From Clostridia bacterium (GTDB taxonomy: Bacteria > Bacillota > Clostridia > Christensenellales > Aristaeellaceae): a stretch of DNA of 64,000 nt. The position numbers and the translations under genes were made by a program. This document shows, one piece after another, positions 39,375 through 48,326 of the stretch. The stretch lies in assembly GCA_045658005.1 (NCBI GenBank), contig JAZOUD010000143.1:1130-65129 (forward strand). The letters run 5' to 3'. Each line of letters begins with the position of its first letter. The first letter of the stretch is position 1. Below the pieces are notes generated by a model. It searched no databases, was not told the DNA's origin, and was given only the letters and a program-made list of their open reading frames with translations.

Positions 39375-40155
<781 letters not shown>

Positions 40156-40163
<8 letters not shown>

Positions 40164-41130
40164 CGAAAAGGACCTTCTGCTGGAGGCGCGGCATGTCACC
40201 CGGCGCTTTCCCACGCCCAGCGGCAGGGAACTGGTGGCCTGCAACGACGTGAACCTGAAGCTGTACCGGGGCAAGACCCTGGGGCTGGTTGGGGAATCCG
40301 GCTGCGGCAAGAGCACCTTCATGCGCTTCCTGGTGTGGTTGGATCGGCCCACCGAGGGGGAGATCCTCTACAGGGGTAAGGACATCACCAAACTGAAGGG
40401 ACGTCAGCTGCACGACATGCGCCAGCACATCCAAATGGTGTTCCAGGATCCGTCCACCTCCTTCAATCCCAAGATGAAGATCAGGGACATCGTCTGCGAA
40501 CCGCTGCTCAACTACGGTCGGATCCGGCATTCCCAGAGGGACGCGAAGGCCCGCGAGCTGCTGGAGATGGTGGAGCTGCCCGGCGACTTCGCCGACCGCT
40601 ATCCCCACAACATGTCCGGCGGCCAGCGACAGCGCGTGGCCATCGCGAGGGCCCTGGCGCTGGAGCCGGAGATCGTCGTGATGGACGAGGCCACCAGCGC
40701 GCTGGACGTGTCCGTGCAGGAGACGGTCATCGAGCTGGTCACGCGGCTGCAGCGGGATAAGAACATCACCATCGGCTTTATCTGCCACAACCTGGGCTTC
40801 ATACAGTCCTTCTCCCACCAGATCGCCGTGATGTACCTGGGCAATATCGTGGAGGTCATGCCGGGAGACCAGCTGTCCTCAATGTGCTGCCACCCCTATT
40901 CAAAGGCGCTTCTGAACGCCGTGTTCGACACGAAGATGGACTTCTCCAGGAAAATCGAGCCCATCAAGGGCGAGCCGCCGAGCCCACTGGACGTGCCCGT
41001 CGGCTGCCCGTTCCAGGACCGATGCGACCAGTGCAGGCAAATCTGCCGCGAGCGCAGGCCTGTGCTGACCGAGATCGGCCCGGGCCACGAGGTGGCCTGC
41101 CACCTCTACGGGGAAGGGGGGAGAGCATGA
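40156..41130 (+). CDS. Opp/Nik-type ABC ATP-binding protein (OppF-like) with C-terminal oligopeptide-type domain
   Basis: Walker A is GESGCGKST and signature MSGGQRQR. The C-terminus carries CHPYS...GCPFQDRC. Confidence 0.85.
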
Positions 41131-42323
41131 AGCGCATAATGGCACTCCTGCTGGCCCTTGCGCTGTGCGTGGGTCTCGCCGGCTGCTCCGGGCAGGACGG
41201 CGAGACCGCTGCCCAAACCGACGGCGAGGTTCACAAGATCGGCGTGATCGTCTACAACACCGCCGACGAGGAGGTCATCGGCTTCCGGGAATATTTGAAG
41301 GGCTACATCGAGGACAACTTCGAGATGGTCGATTTCGTGTATTCCGGTTCCATCGGTTCAGCGGAAGAGGAGCTGGCCTTCATCCAGGCGGCCTGCGACG
41401 ACGGCGTCGAGGGCTTTATGTCCTTCCTGAGCTACGACCTGATGGGCGAGGTGGCGATGTGCGAGAAGAACAACGCCTATTACATGCTCGCCTCCGGTAC
41501 CGTCGCCGCGGAGGACTTCGAGGCGGTGCGGGACAACCCCTGGTTCCTGGGCGCCTTTGGACCCGGCCAGCCCTTCGAATTCCAGGCCGGCGCGGACATG
41601 GCCCGCTTCTTCATCCGAGAAAAGACGGGCGCGAACTACTTTGTGCTCAGCGGCGGCGCGCCTCTGGGCAACGAGATGCACTACCAGCGCACGCTGGGCA
41701 TACTCGACGCCCTGGCCAGCGCCTACGGCGCGGTGTTCGACAAATCCCGCACGGAGCTGGCGCTGTCCGACGTGCCCGTGACCGTTTCCACCGACCGCGT
41801 CAGCGTGACGATCTGCCCCGGCTATATCAGCGGCGACGAACCGCTCCAGACGGCAAAGGCGGCCTTCGAGGCCGGAAATTACGACGCCGTGCTGTCGGTG
41901 CTGCCGCCGATGGAGATGGTCGAGGTCATCGGGAAGACACCGCTGGGCGTGGTGGACAGCTACAATACGCGAAACCTGCAGCTGGTCACCGACGGCGTGC
42001 TGCGCTTCGTCGTCGGCAAGTACAACTCGATGATCGGCCCCGCCTTCGCGCTGATGCTCAACGCGGTGACCGGCTACGCCGCGGATTTCCGGGACGACGG
42101 CAGGGCCGTTCAGGTGACCCAGGGCTTCTGGATCTCCGACAGCGCCGAGGATTACAATGAAAAGTATGCCCTGTCCACCAGCGCGGCCATGAACGCCTAC
42201 AACTTCGACGACCTGTCGAAGGTCATTCGCGTATACAACCCGGAGGCAAACCTGAACGCGCTGGTCGCCCTGGCAGAGGCCTGCTCCTATCACGCCGTTC
42301 AGGCGCGGCGGGGGAAGGCGTGA
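41127..42323 (+). CDS. Lipoprotein with periplasmic-binding-protein type-1 (sugar/BMP-like) fold
   Basis: The start overlaps the upstream stop (ATGA). The signal peptide and lipobox are MKRIMALLLALALCVGLAGC, followed by KIGVIVYNTADEEV... Confidence 0.6.
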   Translation: MKRIMALLLALALCVGLAGCSGQDGETAAQTDGEVHKIGVIVYNTADEEVIGFREYLKGYIEDNFEMVDFVYSGSIGSAEEELAFIQAACDDGVEGFMSFLSYDLMGEVAMCEKNNAYYMLASGTVAAEDFEAVRDNPWFLGAFGPGQPFEFQAGADMARFFIREKTGANYFVLSGGAPLGNEMHYQRTLGILDALASAYGAVFDKSRTELALSDVPVTVSTDRVSVTICPGYISGDEPLQTAKAAFEAGNYDAVLSVLPPMEMVEVIGKTPLGVVDSYNTRNLQLVTDGVLRFVVGKYNSMIGPAFALMLNAVTGYAADFRDDGRAVQVTQGFWISDSAEDYNEKYALSTSAAMNAYNFDDLSKVIRVYNPEANLNALVALAEACSYHAVQARRGKA

Positions 42324-42386
42324 CAACCGCTCGACCATAGTAACCGTTACGATAAATGTTAAATATCCCGGTTGCCTTGTTGGCTA

Positions 42387-42442
42387 TTGACAAATGTCTT
42401 TGGATTGAATATAATATCACATGAACGAATGTTCAAATGATT
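42387..42442 (+). promoter_or_regulatory. Promoter (TTGACA, 17 nt, TATAAT) with an overlapping ArsR/SmtB-type operator
   Basis: The -35 hexamer is at 42387-92 and the -10 at 42410-15. The inverted repeat ATATCAcATGAAC-GAAT-GTTCAaATGAT is centred at 42422-42435. Confidence 0.7.
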
Positions 42443-42812
42443 GAAGGTGATCCAAGTGACAGAGCCGGTGACTGTGCCGGAAACGGGATTTGACAGTGAA
42501 GCGCTGCGCAACCGCGTGCTCAGCGAGATGCCCGACGAAGAGCGCCTGTACGACCTGGCGGAGCTGTTCAAGGTGTTTGGCGACACGACGCGCATTCGCA
42601 TACTTTATGTGCTGTTTGAAGCGGAAATGTGCGTCTGCGACATCGCCGAGATCCTGAACATGACCCAGTCGGCGATTTCGCATCAGCTGCGGGTGCTCAA
42701 GCAGGCCCGCCTGGTGCGCAACCGCAGGGAGGGCAAGCAGATCTATTACTCACTGGCGGACGATCATGTGCGCACGATCATCGGCCAGGGCATGGATCAC
42801 ATCGAGGAATGA
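42441..42812 (+). CDS. ArsR/SmtB-family metalloregulator (CadC-like)
   Basis: ELFKVFGDTTRIRILYVL...CVCDIAEILNMTQSAISHQLRVLK is the wHTH with a CVC metal site. The start is uncertain (TTG at 42441 or GTG at 42456). Confidence 0.85.
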   Translation: MKVIQVTEPVTVPETGFDSEALRNRVLSEMPDEERLYDLAELFKVFGDTTRIRILYVLFEAEMCVCDIAEILNMTQSAISHQLRVLKQARLVRNRREGKQIYYSLADDHVRTIIGQGMDHIEE

Positions 42813-42836
42813 TAATTTTAGAGGAGGAATACCACA

Positions 42837-43055
42837 ATGAAGAAGACCTACAAGATCGACGTGGATTGCGCGAACTGCGCGAACCTGATGGAAGAGGCCG
42901 CCAAGAAGACTGCGGGCGTCAAGGATTGCACCGTGAGCTTCATGACCCTGAAGATGAAGGTGGAGTTCGACGAGGGCGCGGACGTGGATGCCGTGATGAA
43001 GAATGTTCGCGACAACTGCAAGAAGGTCGAGGACGACTGCGAGATCTTCCTGTAA
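42837..43055 (+). CDS. Stand-alone heavy-metal-associated (HMA) domain protein
   Basis: 72-aa ORF with the metal motif DCANCA in a ferredoxin-like HMA pattern. RBS GAGGAGGA precedes it. Confidence 0.75.
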   Translation: MKKTYKIDVDCANCANLMEEAAKKTAGVKDCTVSFMTLKMKVEFDEGADVDAVMKNVRDNCKKVEDDCEIFL

Positions 43056-43143
43056 TCGAAGACATGAACGGGCGGGGGCGGCAACGGGTTCGTTACCCGC
43101 CTGTTTTTACGGCCAAATATAAGAATAGAAAGGGTGTGACGGT

Positions 43144-45057
43144 GTGAACAAGAAGCAGAAGAACCTTTTGATTCGCATCATCATTGCCACTGTGTTTATC
43201 ATCCCGCTGTACCTGATCTCAGAGGACATCGTACATGTGGACATGCCCAAATGGGCGCTGATCCTGCTGTTCCTGATTCCCTATCTGACGGTGGGCTATG
43301 ACATCATCCGCAAGGCGCTGCTGGGCATCAAGAACGGCAAGATGTTCGACGAGTGCTTCCTGATGACGGTGGCTACCATCGGCGCCATCGCCCTGGGCGA
43401 GTACGGCGAGGGCGTGGCGGTCATGCTGCTGTACCAGGTGGGCGAGCTGTTCCAGAGCTACGCCGTGGGCAAGAGCCGCAAGAACATATCGGAGCTCATG
43501 GATATCCGCCCGGACTACGCCAACATCGAAAAGGAGGACGGAACCCTCGAGCGGGTTGACCCGGACGAGGTCGAGGTGGATACCGTCATCGTGGTGCAGC
43601 CCGGCGAGAAGGTGCCCATCGACGGCGTGATCGTCGAGGGATCCTCTGCGCTGAACACGGCCGCGCTGACCGGCGAGAGCAAGCCCCGGGAGGTCGGGGT
43701 GGACGACACCGTGCTCTCCGGCTCCATCAACATATCCGGCGTGCTGAAGATCCGCACCACCGCCCAGTTCGACGAGTCCACGGCCTCCAAGATACTGGAC
43801 CTGGTGGAAAACGCGGCCTCCCGCAAGTCGAAGTCGGAAAACTTCATCTCCAAGTTTGCCCGGGCGTACACGCCCTTCGTCTGCTACGCGGCGCTGGCGC
43901 TGGCGCTCATTCCGCCGCTGTTCGTCATGATCACGAAGATCGGCATGGCGAATTACGCCTCCGTCGGCGCGCTCTGGCGCGACTGGATACTGCGCGCCTG
44001 CACCTTCCTGGTCATCAGCTGCCCCTGCGCGGTGGTCATCTCCATACCGCTGAGCTTCTTCGCGGGCATCGGCGGCGCCAGCAACCAGGGCATACTGATC
44101 AAGGGGTCCAACTACCTTGAAACCCTGTCCGAGGTCACCACCGTGGCCTTCGACAAGACCGGCACCATCACCAAGGGCAACTTCGAGGTGACCGCGGTGC
44201 ACCACAGTCCGCTGGATGAGGCCAAGCTGATGGAATACGCGGCGCTGGCCGAGTGCCATTCCTCCCACCCGATCAGCCTGAGCCTGCAGAAGGCCTACGG
44301 CAAGAAGGTCGACCCCACCCGGGTGACGGACCTGGAGGAGATCAGCGGCCACGGCATCGTCTGCAAGGTGGACGGCACAGACGTGGCGGTTGGCAATGAG
44401 AAGCTGATGAACCGGCTTGGCATTCCCTTCCACCACTGCCATCACATCGGCACCATCATCCACATGGCGGTGGCGGGGGAATACGCCGGTCACATCGTCA
44501 TCTCGGATGAGATGAAGGAGCATTCCAAGGAAGCCATGGTCGAACTCAAGAAGGCCGGCATCGAGCGAACCGTGATGCTCACCGGCGACGCCGAGGCCGT
44601 GGCGAAGCAGGTGGCCTCTGAGGTGGGCCTGACCGAATACCGGGCCGAGCTGCTGCCCCAGGACAAGGTCGCCTGCGTGGAGGCGCTGTTGAAGGAATGC
44701 ACCGGCAACAAGAAGCTGGCCTTCGTGGGCGACGGCATCAACGACGCCCCGGTGCTCTCCCGGGCGGACATCGGCATCGCCATGGGCGCGCTGGGCTCCG
44801 ACGCGGCCATCGAGGCCGCTGACATCGTGCTGATGGACGACGACCCGCTGAAGATCCCCAAGGCCATCAAGATCTCCCGCAAGTGCCTGGGCATCGTGAA
44901 GCAGAACATCGCCTTCGCGCTGATCGTCAAGGCCGTCTGCCTGGTCCTCGGCGCGCTGGGCATGGCGAACATGTGGATCGCCATCGTCGCCGACGTGGGC
45001 GTGATGATCCTGGCCGTGCTGAACGCCATACGCTGCCTGTTCGTGAAGAACCTGTGA
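43144..45057 (+). CDS. Heavy-metal-translocating P1B-type ATPase (Cd/Zn/Co class), lacking a fused N-terminal HMA domain
   Basis: Motifs CPC (SCPCAVV), DKTGTIT, GDGINDAP and HP (SSHP) are present. The N-terminus starts directly with TM helices. Confidence 0.9.
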   Translation: MNKKQKNLLIRIIIATVFIIPLYLISEDIVHVDMPKWALILLFLIPYLTVGYDIIRKALLGIKNGKMFDECFLMTVATIGAIALGEYGEGVAVMLLYQVGELFQSYAVGKSRKNISELMDIRPDYANIEKEDGTLERVDPDEVEVDTVIVVQPGEKVPIDGVIVEGSSALNTAALTGESKPREVGVDDTVLSGSINISGVLKIRTTAQFDESTASKILDLVENAASRKSKSENFISKFARAYTPFVCYAALALALIPPLFVMITKIGMANYASVGALWRDWILRACTFLVISCPCAVVISIPLSFFAGIGGASNQGILIKGSNYLETLSEVTTVAFDKTGTITKGNFEVTAVHHSPLDEAKLMEYAALAECHSSHPISLSLQKAYGKKVDPTRVTDLEEISGHGIVCKVDGTDVAVGNEKLMNRLGIPFHHCHHIGTIIHMAVAGEYAGHIVISDEMKEHSKEAMVELKKAGIERTVMLTGDAEAVAKQVASEVGLTEYRAELLPQDKVACVEALLKECTGNKKLAFVGDGINDAPVLSRADIGIAMGALGSDAAIEAADIVLMDDDPLKIPKAIKISRKCLGIVKQNIAFALIVKAVCLVLGALGMANMWIAIVADVGVMILAVLNAIRCLFVKNL

Positions 45058-45093
45058 TGGGATGAACGAATAGTATACCTTTGCCAAACGCTG

Positions 45094-45120
45094 CAGGGGC
45101 GCCGACGCGGCGCCCCTGTT
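45094..45120 (+). terminator. Terminator hairpin after the P-type ATPase gene
   Basis: The stem CAGGGGCGCC-GACGC-GGCGCCCCTG is followed by only a short T-tract. Confidence 0.5.
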
Positions 45121-45155
45121 GCCGTGCCTGACGACAATGCCACGCATTTAACACC

Positions 45156-46508
45156 ATGAAATACGACAAACACGGCTACCGTGACCTGACCACAGGCAGC
45201 ATCTGGAAAAAGCTGGTGCTGTTCGCCATGCCCCTGCTGCTCTCGAGCCTCGTCCAGCAGCTCTACAATACCGTCGACCTGCTCTTTGCGGGAAACCTGA
45301 TCGACTCCAACGCCTCCGCCGCCATCGGCATGAGCGGCATGCTGATCACATGCCTGGTGGGCTTCTTTGGCGGCATGTCGGTCGGCGCAGGGGTGTTGAT
45401 CGCCCGGAGCTACGGCAATGAGGATTACGACGGCTTGCACAGGGCCATCCACAGCACCGTGGCGCTCTGCGCGATTGGGAGCATTCTGCTGCTCGTGCTC
45501 GGCGAAGCGCTGACGCCGGTATACCTGCGCCTGGTACACACGCCCGAAGGGCTGTGGCCCATGGCGATGGGATATTTGCGCATCTACTTCATTTCCATGC
45601 CTGCGATCCTGTTCTACAACCTCTGTTCGGGTGTGCTGCGCTCGCTGGGCGACAGCCGCAGCACCCTCGTCGCCCAGGTCGCGGGCGGCCTGTTCAACGT
45701 GCTGGCCGACTGGCTCTTCATCGCCAGACTGCACTGTGGGGTGGCTGGCGCGGCCTGGGCGACGCTGATCTCCCAGACCATATCGGCGGCCTATGTCGTG
45801 TATCGACTCAAAAAGCTCGACGGGCCCTACGCGCTGAAGCTCAGGCAGGTGCGCCTGGATCGGGGCGTGCTGCGGGAAACGCTGCGGATCGGCGTCCCCG
45901 CAGGCGTTCAATCGCTGGTGATCACGCTCTCCAACGTCTTCGTGCAATACCACATCAACCGCCTCGGCGGCAGCGCCATCGCCGCCTTCACCGCTTATTT
46001 CAAGATAGAGCTGATCGTCTACTATCCCATCATGGCCCTGGGACAGGCCATGATGACCTACGTGGGCCAGAACATGGGGGCAGGCAAGCCCGAGCGGGTC
46101 CGCCGCGGGCTTTGGGAATGCCTGGGCCTGGGCGTCGGCGTCTCGCTGCTGTTGAGCGCACTGGGCCTTCTGGGCGGAAGACTCTTGTTCAGCGCATTCT
46201 ATGCTGACGGGTCGGCGATTGCGCTGGGCCTCCGCGTCATCGCGACCACGTTTCCCTTTTATTTCATCTATTGCTTTTTGGAGATTCCCGGCGACGCCCT
46301 GCGTGGCATGGGGGAATCCAGGCTGCCGATGCTGATCGTCATCGTCAATCTTTGCCTGTTGCGCACGGCGCTGCTGTTCCTGATCGTGCCCCGGTGGCCC
46401 GACGTGCGCGGCATCGCCGTGTGCTATCCCATCACCTGGGCGGTGACCGGCGCGTGCATGCTGGTCTGCTGGCTGAAGAGAAGCTCCAGGATTAAGCCTG
46501 CCGGCTAA
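45156..46508 (+). CDS. MATE-family efflux transporter
   Basis: 450 aa and 12-TM-like. The N-terminus is ...SIWKKLVLFAMPLLLSSLVQQLYNTVDLLFAG. Confidence 0.85.
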   Translation: MKYDKHGYRDLTTGSIWKKLVLFAMPLLLSSLVQQLYNTVDLLFAGNLIDSNASAAIGMSGMLITCLVGFFGGMSVGAGVLIARSYGNEDYDGLHRAIHSTVALCAIGSILLLVLGEALTPVYLRLVHTPEGLWPMAMGYLRIYFISMPAILFYNLCSGVLRSLGDSRSTLVAQVAGGLFNVLADWLFIARLHCGVAGAAWATLISQTISAAYVVYRLKKLDGPYALKLRQVRLDRGVLRETLRIGVPAGVQSLVITLSNVFVQYHINRLGGSAIAAFTAYFKIELIVYYPIMALGQAMMTYVGQNMGAGKPERVRRGLWECLGLGVGVSLLLSALGLLGGRLLFSAFYADGSAIALGLRVIATTFPFYFIYCFLEIPGDALRGMGESRLPMLIVIVNLCLLRTALLFLIVPRWPDVRGIAVCYPITWAVTGACMLVCWLKRSSRIKPAG

Positions 46509-46548
46509 TTGAAAAGCATCAGTATTTGACCGACTGAACACTAACATT

Positions 46549-46580
46549 GAAAAAACAGGGGCGGTGAATCACCGTCCCTG
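46549..46580 (-). terminator. Rho-independent terminator of the PAP2 gene
   Basis: On the minus strand an 11-bp stem, CAGGGACGGTG-ATT-CACCGCCCCTG, is followed by TTTTTT. Confidence 0.7.
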
Positions 46581-46596
46581 CGCGATTGTAAGTCGC

Positions 46597-47544
46597 TTAT
46601 GCGCTCACCGTCTCGTCCTTCAGCGCCGCCTTCATCACGGCGGGCCAGATGGCGATGATGAACAGTATGCGGATGACGTTGTTGGCGAAGCAGCCCCAGT
46701 GCGTGCCAAGCATCGCCTCCATCGGCCCGCCAAGGATCTGTATGATACCGTAGGTTATCACGCCGCCGACCAGCGCCGCAATGACATTCTGCCGGGAGCA
46801 GGTGGGCCTGAAGCGGACCCAGGTTTTCTCGATGAACCGGCCCGCGCACAGCGCCATGAACGCGCCGATGTCGCCGTAGCCGTCCTTCATCATCTTCTTC
46901 GGGTCCACCAGAAGCTTCCCGTCCACGTAGTCCATCGGATAGGACTTGACGGAGATGTAGAACAGCGCGGCGATTCCCAGAATCACGCCCAGGGCCAGGA
47001 ACAGGTTTTCCTTCTCCGGGTTCTTACGGAGGTAGCCAAACAGCTTCCTCATGCCCCAGATCACCAGCACGCCCTCGGTCATGCCGACGGCCACATCCTG
47101 GGGCGTGTGGACGCCCAGGTAGTTGCGGGAAAAGCCTGTGATGAGCGCCAGCAGTATGCACAGCACCGAAACCCAGCGCATCTTTTTCCAGGCGCTGACC
47201 GCCATGGAGCCGTAGATGGACGTGGCCATGGTGGTGTGGCCGCTGGGGAAGGAGTAGCCTGTCGCGGTGCTTATGGCATCCCCGGCGGGAAGTATACGGC
47301 TGTCCCGGATCCACGGGCGATAGACGCAGGCGGTGAGCTTGACCACGGCGTTTAATGCGATGGTGGCGGTACAGGAGGCCATCGTATAGAGCCCGCTCTC
47401 CTTGTCCACGCACCAGTAGATCATCGCAGGAATGATGACCAGGAAGGTGACCGCGAAAAGGGAGATCATCTCCATGAATGGCGTCAGCGCGTCATTGATG
47501 CTGTTTCTGAAGTTCTGCAAGAAAAGCAGGTATTGTATGTCCAT
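46597..47544 (-). CDS. PAP2-family membrane phosphatase
   Basis: Motifs SFPSGHT and SRNYLGVHTPQDV (PAP2 C2/C3) lie within a polytopic protein. Confidence 0.85.
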   Translation of the reverse strand: MDIQYLLFLQNFRNSINDALTPFMEMISLFAVTFLVIIPAMIYWCVDKESGLYTMASCTATIALNAVVKLTACVYRPWIRDSRILPAGDAISTATGYSFPSGHTTMATSIYGSMAVSAWKKMRWVSVLCILLALITGFSRNYLGVHTPQDVAVGMTEGVLVIWGMRKLFGYLRKNPEKENLFLALGVILGIAALFYISVKSYPMDYVDGKLLVDPKKMMKDGYGDIGAFMALCAGRFIEKTWVRFRPTCSRQNVIAALVGGVITYGIIQILGGPMEAMLGTHWGCFANNVIRILFIIAIWPAVMKAALKDETVSA

Positions 47545-47786
47545 GTGTCTTCTCCTCCTGTCACTGTGGTTGCTATGGGGTTCCCGCAGCCAGATCGCTG
47601 TCCTGACGATATGATTCGCATTTCTGAAATCACGTCAACCAATAATGCCTACACGGAAGCCGCTATAATGGGAAACGAGTCCTGGTATTTCCTGTGTCTG
47701 TCATTATAGTTTGGATTTGCCTGCCTGTCAACAGCTTTTAGCATTGATTATGCTCCATGGTACGCACATTTATTGTTTAAATTGTA

Positions 47787-47815
47787 TTTACATTTAACGA
47801 CTATTATAGTATAAT
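47787..47815 (+). promoter_or_regulatory. Strong sigma-A-type promoter (TTTACA, 17 nt, TATAAT) in an AT-rich island
   Basis: The hexamers lie at 47787-92 and 47810-15, about 100 nt upstream of the GG-leader/SH3 CDS. Confidence 0.55.
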
Positions 47816-47914
47816 AATATGGTATAGCAGAGTCAACAGCAACGCGAAGGCATTGCTTGGTAGAGCGCGATGGCCGAGGCTCAATGTGCACCGCATAACA
47901 AGGAGGAATACACA

Positions 47915-48217
47915 ATGAATGATTTCTTTGAATCGTCTGTCAGGGAACTGAACCTGGACGAGATGGAGCTGGTTAACGGCGGCAAGAAGCGCCCTTTTGT
48001 GCGCTCACTGGCTAAGGATGTCAACGTTCGATCGGGCCCCGGTACGGAATATCCCGTGGTTGCCCAGCTGGGCTACCTGGACGAGGTGGCGGTCATCAGC
48101 AAGAAGATCGTGAAGAACGGTAAATACTATTGGGCGAAGGTCACCGTCGCCGTCAGCCAGTCGAAGCAAGTGGAAGGATGGGTTTGCTCCAAGTATTGTG
48201 AAGGCTGCTGGAACTGA
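47915..48217 (+). CDS. Double-glycine-leader protein with SH3b domain and Cys-rich C-terminus
   Basis: The ATG at 47915 follows RBS AAGGAGGA. The leader is MNDFFESSVRELNLDEMELVNGG. The core contains VNVRSGPGTEYPVVAQLGYLDEV...WAKV...GWV (SH3_3 pattern) and ends CSKYCEGCWN. Confidence 0.7.
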   Translation: MNDFFESSVRELNLDEMELVNGGKKRPFVRSLAKDVNVRSGPGTEYPVVAQLGYLDEVAVISKKIVKNGKYYWAKVTVAVSQSKQVEGWVCSKYCEGCWN

Positions 48218-48326
48218 TACAGAAAGCCCTGTCAGCCATTATGGAAAAGGTCGTCCTGTAACAAGATATAACGAGTATATGCACACCGGCAACAGAGCGA
48301 CACGCATGCGAAAGGAAGGAATATAA

